From an uncultured bacterium (lineage in GTDB: Bacteria; Desulfobacterota; Binatia; HRBIN30; CADEER01), in the NCBI GenBank assembly GCA_963757755.1, contig CAVWTK010000007.1, forward strand, positions 132,629-196,628: a stretch of 64,000 nucleotides of DNA, written 5' to 3'. How positions within the stretch are numbered: the first letter of the stretch is position 1; every line of letters begins with the position of its first letter. Both the position numbers and the translations under genes were made by a program. The notes below the pieces were generated by a model. It searched no databases. It was not told the DNA's origin and saw nothing but the letters and a program-made list of their open reading frames with translations. Below, one piece after another: positions 28,239 to 36,523 of the stretch.

Positions 28239-30065
28239 CTACTGACACCGCCTGACGCTGCCGCTGCCGTTGCTCGTGCACGCGACCGCGGTGCCGAGTG
28301 CGCACTGGCCGGCGTCGCTCTCGGCCTGAGTCGGACCGAGGACCCAGGTGATGCGCAGCGGGCCGACCGGAGCCGCGATGGTGGCGTCGCGCGCCTTCAG
28401 CTGGAGATCGAGATCGGACGAATCCTTCGTCTTGTAGCGGATCTGGCTGAGCCCGTTGGCGGAACCGGCGGTGCACACCGGCGGGTCGAGGGCGCCGGAG
28501 CGGTTGCGGTAGAGGTTGCGCGCCGCGTCCCATCCCTCGCCCGCCTCGCAGACGCCGGCGGCCTGCCCCGGCACCGGCGTGGTGAAGCGGCTGAGCTCGT
28601 AGACGGACGCGCTGCCGTTGCCGAGATCCTCGATGAGGAGCTGGGCGCCGGCGGCGTACGGCGCAGCGACGGGAATGCCGGCGGGAAAGAACAGCGAGGC
28701 CTTGAGCGACACGCTCTGATCGCCGGCCGCGGAATTCAGGCCGCCGAGCTTCAGCTTCACGTTGCCGAGCGCGCCCCCGCCCGTGCAGAGCGGCGTGCTC
28801 ACCGGCGGTACGCAACCGCCCGAGACCGCTTGCGGGGTCCACCAGTTGCCCGACATGACGATCATCGCCAGCAGCTTGAGCGTGTTCTCGTAGTAGGCCT
28901 CGGCGTCGAGCGACGTGGCATTCACGAGGTCCCAGATACCGTTCAACCAGGCCTGATTGGTGGCGTCGGCCATCGCGCCCACGCCGAACGGTGCGACGAA
29001 CGCCATCGAGCGATAGTCGGCGCCGGCGCTCAGCGTACCGTCGAGCTGGTAGCCGGACTGGATGTTGGCCGGATCGTTGCCGGTCGCCGCGCGGATCCAG
29101 GTGGTCATGCGCTGCACGGCGGTCTTGGCGCGCGCGTCGCCGGAGACCAGGAAGTCGGTGCCGAGACGCCATGGATCGCGGCAGGCGTTGTAGTCGTACG
29201 CGCCGTCGTTGGGGCCCTCGAGGAACCCCGGCCCAACCGGCGACGGCGTGCCGAGCGGGTTGGCGATGAAGTCGGGCAGCAGACCGGTGGTCGGGCTGTG
29301 GGTCGTCTGCAGGCCGTCGAAGACCGTGTAGGTGTGGTTGAGGATGCTCGTCCACACCGGGTTGCCCGACGCGGCGGCGAAGGCGCGCAGGTGGTCGGGC
29401 ATGAAGTCCGACGAGCGCGTCGACTGATAGTACTGCGGATCGTCCGTGGGATCGGTCCAATCGCCGAGGCGCAGGTACGAGCCGCTGGTGTCGACTTCGC
29501 CGGTCTGGATGCCGGCGAGGACGTTCGCCGCTTCCGCCGCGTAGTCGATCGCGCCGCAACTGCCCCACTGCTTGTCGGCGAGCAGCAGCGCATAGGCGAT
29601 GTCGAGGTCGCCGTCGGTGGCGCTGTCCCCGCCCTGCGCGTCGCCGCACGACTTGCGCTGGTACCAGGCCATCAACCCCGGCGTGAAGATCGACGGATGC
29701 TCGCGGAAGAACGTGAACATGCCGTCGAAGATGGCGCGCGCGTCGGGGTCGTGCCCGGCCATCAGCGCCGCCAGCACCATGCCGTAGCCGTGCGCCTCGG
29801 ACACCGTGAGGTTGCCGGATTGCGTCTTCGCCTCGACGACGTAGCGGCCGGCGCCGCACGTCTGCTTGAGGAAGCGCCCCTTCCACGCGTCGTAGAAGTC
29901 GCGGGTCGCCTGGTCGAGCGCCGCCGGCGCGTGGTTGCTGGGGAGAATCGACCCGGCCGCGTAGCTCGCCGGGTGCGAGCCGAAGGGGTGGTTCTGCGCA
30001 CGAACGGCGCCGCTCAGCGCCAACAGCGCCGCCGCCACCAGGCCTGCCCGCCGGATGAGTGCCAT
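28239..30065 (-). CDS. secreted glycoside hydrolase family 8 enzyme with extra ~180-aa C-terminal domain
   Basis: Signal peptide MALIRRAGLVAAALLALSGAVRA. GH8-type TVSEAHGYGMVLAA and SATDGDLDIAYALLLA. Intact ORF. Confidence 0.75.
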   Translation of the reverse strand: MALIRRAGLVAAALLALSGAVRAQNHPFGSHPASYAAGSILPSNHAPAALDQATRDFYDAWKGRFLKQTCGAGRYVVEAKTQSGNLTVSEAHGYGMVLAALMAGHDPDARAIFDGMFTFFREHPSIFTPGLMAWYQRKSCGDAQGGDSATDGDLDIAYALLLADKQWGSCGAIDYAAEAANVLAGIQTGEVDTSGSYLRLGDWTDPTDDPQYYQSTRSSDFMPDHLRAFAAASGNPVWTSILNHTYTVFDGLQTTHSPTTGLLPDFIANPLGTPSPVGPGFLEGPNDGAYDYNACRDPWRLGTDFLVSGDARAKTAVQRMTTWIRAATGNDPANIQSGYQLDGTLSAGADYRSMAFVAPFGVGAMADATNQAWLNGIWDLVNATSLDAEAYYENTLKLLAMIVMSGNWWTPQAVSGGCVPPVSTPLCTGGGALGNVKLKLGGLNSAAGDQSVSLKASLFFPAGIPVAAPYAAGAQLLIEDLGNGSASVYELSRFTTPVPGQAAGVCEAGEGWDAARNLYRNRSGALDPPVCTAGSANGLSQIRYKTKDSSDLDLQLKARDATIAAPVGPLRITWVLGPTQAESDAGQCALGTAVACTSNGSGSVRRCQ

Positions 30066-30172
30066 CGCGTACCCCACGGCGCGGTATGCCGCAGGCGCGC
30101 CGCCTGAGCAAGTGCGTTTCGATCCACTGTCGAGCGGCGGTTCCGCGCTTGCCGCCCTTCGGTCCGTTCACG

Positions 30173-32200
30173 TCACCGCGAGCGTCGCGCGGGTTGATCG
30201 CCGGCGGCCGGCGCGCAGGCAAACCGCTGCACGCGGCTGGTCTCGTCGGTGACCAGCACGTCGCCGTTCGCATCGACCGCCACCGCCGTGGCCAGGTTGA
30301 ACTGCCCATCGCTCGTGCCGCCGCCGCCCCAGGCGGTGACAAACGTTCCGCCGGCGGTGAACTCCTCGACGCGCTCGTTGCCGTCGTCGACGGCGAAGAC
30401 ATGGCCATCGCCACCCACCGCGACGGCGAGGGCGCCGATGAACTGCCCGTCGCCGCTGCCGGTGCCGCCCCACTGGCCGAGAAAGTCGCCGGTGGCGGTG
30501 AACTTCTGGATGCGATCGTTGAAGAAGTCGGCGACGAACACGTTCAGGTCGCGATCGACCGCGATGCCGAAGGGTTTGGCGAACTGCCCGTCGCCGCCGC
30601 CGACGGTCCCCCACTTGGCGAGGAAGGCGCCGGCGTTCGTGAACTTCTGGACGCGATTGTTGAAGCGATCGGCGACGTACACGTCACCGGTCGCGTCGAC
30701 CGCGACTCCCGCCGGTCCGATGAACTGCCCGTCGCCGGTACCGGCCTCTCCCCAACTGATCAGGAACCGCCCGTCGCTGTCGAACTTCTCGACCCGATTG
30801 TTGTTCAGGTCGGTGACGAAGACGTTGCCCGCCGCGTCGACCGCGATTCCCACCGGGGTGTGGAACTGCCCCTGCGCGCTGCCCATGCTGCCCCACTGGC
30901 GGAGCAACGTTCCCGCGCCGGTGAGCTTCTCGATGCGATGGTTGCCGGTGTCGGCGACGAACACGGTGCCGTTGCGATCCACCGCGATCGCCTCCGGATC
31001 GAAGAACTGCCCGTCCCCGCTGCCGCGGCTGCCGAACGCACCGCGGAAGGTGCCGCACGGGACCGTCGTCACGGCCGGCGTGGCCGTCGGGGTGTCGGTC
31101 GTCGCGGGCGTGCGCGTCGCCATGGCCGTCGGCCCGGACGTCTGGGTCGCGGTGCCGCTGACTCGCGTCGCGCTGCCGGTCGGCGCCGGCGGGCATCCGT
31201 TCAGCGCCGCCGAGACCGCCTCGACCAGACAGTCGATCGTCACCCGGCCCGTGCCATCGCAGTCGAAGGACGCGCAATGGTCGAGCGGCGCCGTGCCGAG
31301 AGCGATGTTGACGCCGTTCACCAGCTCGTCGACGGTGACCGCGCCGCTGTTGTCGCAGTCCCCGACGCACGGCGGCCTGGCGCCGTCATTCGGCAGCGCC
31401 GCGCGGGCCGTTGAGGCGACACCGGCTTCGAGCGCGAGCGCCAGGAGCGCGAACGGGCCGGCGCGTGGGCCACCGAGGGAGACGAACGCGCCGCCCCGCA
31501 CCAGCGTGCCGGGACTGTTCCGGGTCGTGCTCGCCCCGGCGAGGCACATGTCGTCATTGCTGAAACTGGCCCAGCCGACGCACGCCGTCGGGGATGGCAC
31601 CCAGTCCGCCACCCACTCGGCCAGATTGCCCACCATGTCGAAGGCTCCGCGCCCCGATACGCAGCTGCTGCGGGCGCCAGTCGGAGACCGCTCCTCGCTC
31701 GCGCTGTTGCAGTCCGTCGTCCCGTTGTCCGGGCCGGGGTCGGGGGTCCCATTCGCCCCCACCTGCCACTCCGCGTTCGTCGGCAGCCGCTTGCCGGCGT
31801 TGGCGCAGGCTTCCTGCGCCTGGAACCACGTCACGGAGGCGGACGGGACCACCGACGGCAGGCTCACCGCGTAGAGGTCGTGTGCGCAGTTCTGGCCGTT
31901 GTCCGCGCAGGGCGCGTAGTCGTCGCCCGAGGTGCCCAACTGCGTCGCCCCGCCGGCCACCAGGTCCGTCGGGGTCGCAATCCCCAACTGGATCCGCTTC
32001 ACCAGGGTCGCATTCGTCGTCGTTGCAGCGGGCACCCGCCAGACGCTCGCCTCGTACTTGTCCAGACACACCGTCCCGGCCACCACCGCGTCGGGCGCGC
32101 ACCTCCGAATCGGCAACGCGGGCAGCTCCGCCACCGCCGCGCGCCCCACGCCGACCGCCAGCCCCGCGGCAAGCCACATCGTCGTCAGAGTTCGCTGCAT
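30173..32200 (-). CDS. secreted FGE-sulfatase (SUMF1-like) domain / dockerin-like pair / 6x NHL-repeat protein
   Basis: ORF 30173..32278 trimmed to ATG 32200 (RBS ggaagga). It contains an FGE-like region (KRLPTNAEWQ...GNLAEWVADW) and two EF-hand-like loops (DCDNSGAVTVDEL, DCDGTGRVTIDCL). A Thr/Pro linker and six ~47-aa NHL repeats (GQF..P.GIAVD..GNVFV.D..N.R[IV][EQ]KF) follow. Confidence 0.75.
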   Translation of the reverse strand: MQRTLTTMWLAAGLAVGVGRAAVAELPALPIRRCAPDAVVAGTVCLDKYEASVWRVPAATTTNATLVKRIQLGIATPTDLVAGGATQLGTSGDDYAPCADNGQNCAHDLYAVSLPSVVPSASVTWFQAQEACANAGKRLPTNAEWQVGANGTPDPGPDNGTTDCNSASEERSPTGARSSCVSGRGAFDMVGNLAEWVADWVPSPTACVGWASFSNDDMCLAGASTTRNSPGTLVRGGAFVSLGGPRAGPFALLALALEAGVASTARAALPNDGARPPCVGDCDNSGAVTVDELVNGVNIALGTAPLDHCASFDCDGTGRVTIDCLVEAVSAALNGCPPAPTGSATRVSGTATQTSGPTAMATRTPATTDTPTATPAVTTVPCGTFRGAFGSRGSGDGQFFDPEAIAVDRNGTVFVADTGNHRIEKLTGAGTLLRQWGSMGSAQGQFHTPVGIAVDAAGNVFVTDLNNNRVEKFDSDGRFLISWGEAGTGDGQFIGPAGVAVDATGDVYVADRFNNRVQKFTNAGAFLAKWGTVGGGDGQFAKPFGIAVDRDLNVFVADFFNDRIQKFTATGDFLGQWGGTGSGDGQFIGALAVAVGGDGHVFAVDDGNERVEEFTAGGTFVTAWGGGGTSDGQFNLATAVAVDANGDVLVTDETSRVQRFACAPAAGDQPARRSR

Positions 32201-32513
32201 CGTCTTCCTTCCCCGATCGCCGTCGCGCCGCGTCCGGCTCCGCTTGGGGCCCCACTGCGCCAGCGCGTCGTCGCCCATCGCCAGGGATCACAGCGTAGGC
32301 GCCGGCCCGTCTGGGAGCGATGGCCGTCCGGTTAACTTCGCGGTTAGGATTGCTCCGCCGCGACGGCGTGGAGCCGCGGTCACGGAGGCCGGTGGCCCAC
32401 GCGGAAGTGGCCCCGGACCCGGCACCGTTACCCTCAATCTCCGGAGGGGCCACGCGGCCCGACCTGCGGCGGGATTTCCCCCTCCCCGCTCGTTCGTGCT
32501 CTCTTGAGGCTCG

Positions 32514-33533
32514 GTGATACGCGTCTCCCTTCCCGCGCGCATCAATGTCGTCGGCAGTCCGACCGACGCCTGCGAGGGCGCCTACGCCACCATCTCGGCG
32601 GCAGTCGAACGGCGCGGCGGCGCCGACATCGCGCCGGCGACGGGCGGCGAAGTGCCGCCGTCCGCGATCGTCGCCGCGGCCACGGCCGCCCTCTGCCGCT
32701 ACGTGCCCGAGCTGCCGGCCGCGATGGCGGCGCGGCCGGCGACGATCCGCACCTGGACGGACATCCCCGCCTCGAGCGGGCTCGGCGGCTCGTCGGTGCT
32801 GCTGTTGGCGGCGCTGGCGGCGTTGCGCGCCTTCTACGCGCTCGATGCGCGACGCTGGAACGACTACGCGCTGGCGGAGATCGCCCAGCGCGCCGAGGAA
32901 CGCGACCTCGGCGTGGTGTGCGGCTACGCCGACCGCTACGCGCCGCTCTTCGGCGACCTCGCCTACATCGCCTATCACGGCAAGCTCTGGCATGCGCCGC
33001 TCGGCGAGGAGCCCTACGCCACCTACGAGAAGCTCGGCACGCTGGTGCCGCCGCTGTCGTTCGTCGTCGCCACCACCGGCGTCGAGCGCCACTCCGGCGC
33101 CGTGCACGCGCCGATGCGCGCCAGGTATCTGCACGAGCGCCGCGCCGACCACGGGCCGCTGCTGGCCCTGGCGCGGCAGATGGGCGAGACGGCGTGGCGC
33201 GGCAAGATCGCCCTCCTCGCCCACGACCTCGCCGAGCTCGGCGAGCAGATCGACCGCAACCAGGCGCTGGTCGACCAGATGATGGAGGCCTGCGGCTTCG
33301 CCAGCGGCGCCGGCGACGAGGTCCGCGCCCTCGTCGCCGCCGCCCGCAGCGCGGGCGCCCTCGGGGCCAAGCTCACCGGCGCCGGCGGCGGCGGCGCCGT
33401 CTTCGCGCTGCCGCCGCCCGACGGCGACGAGCGCCTCGCCGACGCGCTGCGCACCTTCGCGGCGCGCGAAGGTCTGGCGAGCGAAGTGTTCGTCGTACCG
33501 GTAGCGCGCGACGGGTTGCGGATCGACAGATGA
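32514..33533 (+). CDS. GHMP-family sugar kinase
   Basis: PARINVVG, TDIPASSGLGGSSVLLLAAL (GHMP motif II), GAKLTGAGGGGAVFAL (motif III). GTG start. Confidence 0.75.
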   Translation: MIRVSLPARINVVGSPTDACEGAYATISAAVERRGGADIAPATGGEVPPSAIVAAATAALCRYVPELPAAMAARPATIRTWTDIPASSGLGGSSVLLLAALAALRAFYALDARRWNDYALAEIAQRAEERDLGVVCGYADRYAPLFGDLAYIAYHGKLWHAPLGEEPYATYEKLGTLVPPLSFVVATTGVERHSGAVHAPMRARYLHERRADHGPLLALARQMGETAWRGKIALLAHDLAELGEQIDRNQALVDQMMEACGFASGAGDEVRALVAAARSAGALGAKLTGAGGGGAVFALPPPDGDERLADALRTFAAREGLASEVFVVPVARDGLRIDR

Positions 33534-33539
33534 CGACCC

Positions 33540-33608
33540 TTCACCACGGAGACACGGAGGCACGGAGAGCCGCGCTTCGTCTCCGTGTCTCCGTGTCTCC
33601 GTGGTGAA
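33540..33608. repeat. octamer-armed hairpin, TTCACC family (CACGGAG units)
   Basis: ttcaccacggagacacggaggcacggag - 13 nt - ctccgtgtctccgtgtctccgtggtgaa. It starts 7 nt after the GHMP kinase stop and contains the nucleotidyltransferase GTG start. Confidence 0.9.
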
Positions 33609-34317
33609 GAATCCGGGAATCATTCTCGCCGCCGGCGCGGGGTCGCGGCTCGGCGAGCTCGGCGCGCGCCACTCGAAGGCGATGGTGCCCGTCGCGGGCC
33701 GGCCCCTGATCGACTGGGGGATCGAACGACTGCGCGCCGGCGGTGTCGGGTCGCTGATCGTGGTGCGCCATGCGTCGGACGACGCGCTCGCCGCCCACCT
33801 GCACGAGCGCTGGCCCGACGCGCGCATCGCCGTGCAGGAGGCGCGGCTGGGCATCGCCGACGCGCTGCGCCTCGCGCTGCCCCTCCTCGGCGACGCGCCG
33901 GGCTATCTCGCCTGCGCGTGCGACAGCCTCTTCGCGGCCGATGACGTCGCCGCGCTGATCGCGGCCGGCGCCGGCGGCGACGCCGTCGTCGGCGTGCTCG
34001 CGATGGGCGCGGCGGCGACCGCCGGGCGCAGCGCCGTGCAGGTGGAGGGCGATCGCATCGTCGCGATCGTCGAGAAGCCGGCGCCCGGAACGGTGCCGTC
34101 GGGATTGGTGGCGGCGCCGCTCTACTGGCTCCCGCGCACCGTCGACCGCCACCTCGCCGCCGACGCCGCGCAGGGCGCCGAGCGCTACGTCAGCGTCGCC
34201 CTCGCCGCCTACGTGCGCGCCGGCGGCGTCGTGCGCGCCGTGCGCGTGCGCGAACGGCTGGAGGTGACGACCGCCGCCGACGTCGCTGCCGTCGCCGCCG
34301 TGCTCGGCGGTCGCTGA
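33601..34317 (+). CDS. sugar-phosphate nucleotidyltransferase
   Basis: The N-terminal ILAAGAGSRLG...KAMVPVAGRPLI signature of NTP_transferase enzymes. The only possible starts (GTG 33601/33604) lie inside a hairpin arm. Confidence 0.7.
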   Translation: MVKNPGIILAAGAGSRLGELGARHSKAMVPVAGRPLIDWGIERLRAGGVGSLIVVRHASDDALAAHLHERWPDARIAVQEARLGIADALRLALPLLGDAPGYLACACDSLFAADDVAALIAAGAGGDAVVGVLAMGAAATAGRSAVQVEGDRIVAIVEKPAPGTVPSGLVAAPLYWLPRTVDRHLAADAAQGAERYVSVALAAYVRAGGVVRAVRVRERLEVTTAADVAAVAAVLGGR

Positions 34318-34988
34318 ACGCGGCGACCGTGCGACGACTCGCCTTCCCACATGCGGTAGCCGCCGATGAAGGCGTTGGCGTTGGTGCCGATCTCGACGCC
34401 CTTGGGAACCTCGTCGAGCTTCTTGGCGTTGCCGCCGCCGACGACGACGTAGTCGGCCTGCATCGCGGCGCGGAGTTGCGTGATCACCGCCGCGACCTCC
34501 TTGCGCCACTTCTTCTTGCCCAGGCGCTCGAGGCCGCGCAGCCCGACGTAGTCCTCGTAGGTTTTGCCCTTCTTGAACGGCAGATGCGCCAGCTCGAGCG
34601 GCTCGACGCTGCCGTCGATGACCAGCGCCGTGCCGAGGCCCGTGCCGAGGCCGAGGAACAGCATGCGTCCGCCCTTGTAGCTGCCGAGGGCCTGCATCGC
34701 GGCGTCGTTGAGGATGCGCACCGGCTGGCCGAACGCGCGCGCGAAGTCGAAGCCGACCCACCCGCGGCCCAGGTTGTGCGGCTCGAGGAGCGGCCGGTTG
34801 TGCAGCACCGGACCGGGGTAGCCCATCGACACGACGTCGTAGGTCCAGCCCGTTGCCAGCTTCTTGACCGCCGTCACCAAGCGGCGCGGCGTCAGCGTCG
34901 GCCCCGAGGGCACGGCGCGCTTCTCCGTCTGCCCGGTGGCGAGGATCTTCACGTTCGTCCCGCCGATGTCGACCGCCAGCACTCGCAT
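34209..34988 (-). CDS. ppgK: ROK-family glucokinase (polyphosphate/ATP glucokinase-like)
   Basis: MRVLAVDIGGTNVK, LGLGTGLGTALV, VVVGGGNAKKL. The last ~45 codons are low-complexity and overlap the convergent gene, so the true stop is uncertain. Confidence 0.7.
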   Translation of the reverse strand: MRVLAVDIGGTNVKILATGQTEKRAVPSGPTLTPRRLVTAVKKLATGWTYDVVSMGYPGPVLHNRPLLEPHNLGRGWVGFDFARAFGQPVRILNDAAMQALGSYKGGRMLFLGLGTGLGTALVIDGSVEPLELAHLPFKKGKTYEDYVGLRGLERLGKKKWRKEVAAVITQLRAAMQADYVVVGGGNAKKLDEVPKGVEIGTNANAFIGGYRMWEGESSHGRRVQRPPSTAATAATSAAVVTSSRSRTRTARTTPPART

Positions 34989-34999
34989 GGCCTCTCCTC

Positions 35000-35662
35000 T
35001 CACCGCACCCGTTCGCGTACGCCGTCGGCGCCCGCGATCACCACGCGCTCGACCATTGGCGCGAGGAAGAGTCCGTGCTCGACGATGCCGGGAATCGCCG
35101 CCAGGCGCGCGGCCAGCGGCGCCGGATCGGGAATGCGATCGAAGGCCGCGTCCATCAGCAGGTTGCCGTTGTCGCTGCGCGCCGCGCGCGTGGTGACGGC
35201 GCGCGCGCCGAGCGCCCGCACCTGCGCCGCGGCGACCGCGGGCGCGAAGGGCAGCACTTCCAGCGGCAGCGGGAAGACGCCGAGGGTCTCGACCATCTTC
35301 GCTTCGTCGACGACGACGATGAAGCGGCGCGCCATGGTGGCGATGATCTTCTCGCGCAGGTGCGCGCCGCCACCGCCCTTGATCAGATTGCAGCGCGCGT
35401 CCACCTCGTCGGCGCCGTCGATGGCGATGTCGAGCTCGAGCAACTCGTCCGGCGGCACGACCCGCAGGCCGCGCTCGGTCGCCAGCGCCCGCGTGCGCTC
35501 CGACGTCGCGGCGCACACGATGTCCGGCTTTCGCTCGCCGAGGGCGACGATGGTGAAGTGCACCGTCGAGCCTGTGCCGAGGCCGACGCGCATGCCGTCG
35601 GTCACGTAGTCCGCGGCCTTTCGGCCAGCCTGCTCCTTTGCAGCGGCGCGCCGATCAGACAT
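35000..35662 (-). CDS. rpiA: ribose-5-phosphate isomerase A
   Basis: GLGTGSTV, DIAIDGADEVD, LIKGGGGAHLREKI. Confidence 0.88.
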   Translation of the reverse strand: MSDRRAAAKEQAGRKAADYVTDGMRVGLGTGSTVHFTIVALGERKPDIVCAATSERTRALATERGLRVVPPDELLELDIAIDGADEVDARCNLIKGGGGAHLREKIIATMARRFIVVVDEAKMVETLGVFPLPLEVLPFAPAVAAAQVRALGARAVTTRAARSDNGNLLMDAAFDRIPDPAPLAARLAAIPGIVEHGLFLAPMVERVVIAGADGVRERVR

Positions 35663-35683
35663 TCCCGCTCTCGGGACCCGGAG

Positions 35684-35773
35684 AAGACAAAAGACAAAAG
35701 GCAAAAGACAAAAGGCCAAAGGTGAGGAGGGGCACTTTGGTTTGTCTTTTGCCTTTTGTCTTTTGCCTTTTGC
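35684..35773. repeat. octamer-armed hairpin, GACAAAAG units
   Basis: aagacaaaagacaaaaggcaaaagacaaaaggccaaagg - 12 nt - ctttggtttgtcttttgccttttgtcttttgccttttgc. It lies between the pgl stop and the rpiA start. Confidence 0.85.
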
Positions 35774-36472
35774 TCACCCCGCGCCTCCGACCGCGTCCCG
35801 ATCCGCCAGCAGAATCGCCCGCTCCTGCCGCACCCGGCCGCCTGGAATGGACGGATTGCCCGCGCGCAGCTTCGCCAGCGCGTCGACCTTCTCCGCGCCG
35901 GTGACGACCCAGAGGATCTGCCGGGCGCGGTCGATGAGCGGATAGGTCAGCGTCAGGCGACGCCGGTTCTGGTACGTGCCGGCGGTCGGCGCGACGTCGG
36001 CGGCGTGGACGCCGAGCACGGCGTCGTGCGGCACCAGGGAGGCGGTGTGGCCGTCGGGGCCGAGCCCGAGGTGGACGAGGTCGAGCACCGGCGGATCGCC
36101 GCACGCCGCGCGCAAGGTCGCGGCGTAGTCCTGCGCCGCGCGGTTCAGGTCGGCGTCATTGACGGGCATCGCGTGCACCTGCGCCGCGGGCAGCGGCACG
36201 GTGGCGAGCAGGCTCTCGCGCAGATGCGTGAGGTTGCGGTCGGGATCGCCGTCCGGCGCCACGCGCTCGTCGACCTGGAAGACGTCGACCCCCGGCCACG
36301 GCACGTCCTCGGCGGCCAGCAGGCGCAGCATCACCCACGGCGTGTGACCGCCGCTCACCGCGAAAGCAAAGCGCCCGCGCGCCTTCACCGCCTCGCGCGC
36401 CGCCGCCGCGATGATCTCCGCGGCGCGTTTCGCGACCGCGTCGGCGTTCTCGAGAATCTCAATCTGCATCAT
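35774..36472 (-). CDS. pgl: 6-phosphogluconolactonase
   Basis: FAVSGGHTP, FQVDERVAP, LGLGPDGHTASL. Confidence 0.88.
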   Translation of the reverse strand: MMQIEILENADAVAKRAAEIIAAAAREAVKARGRFAFAVSGGHTPWVMLRLLAAEDVPWPGVDVFQVDERVAPDGDPDRNLTHLRESLLATVPLPAAQVHAMPVNDADLNRAAQDYAATLRAACGDPPVLDLVHLGLGPDGHTASLVPHDAVLGVHAADVAPTAGTYQNRRRLTLTYPLIDRARQILWVVTGAEKVDALAKLRAGNPSIPGGRVRQERAILLADRDAVGGAG

Positions 36473-36523
36473 GCGCCTGCACCACAGCGACCGCGGAGGC
36501 CTGCGTGTTCCGCCGTGGTGATC

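Noticed and set aside
30173-32200. FGE/C-type-lectin domain as a diversity-generating retroelement target
   Set aside because: No reverse transcriptase and no template/variable repeat pair with A-specific mismatches are present in the window. The FGE-like domain is also N-terminal rather than at the usual C-terminal VR position.
28143-33854. Long ORFs 28143..30107(+), 28180..30414(-), 30059..31414(+), 30249..31874(+) and 31554..33854(-)
   Set aside because: All overlap the GH8, FGE-NHL, GHMP kinase and nucleotidyltransferase genes in other frames. The periodicity of 30059..31414 is just the antisense image of the NHL repeats.
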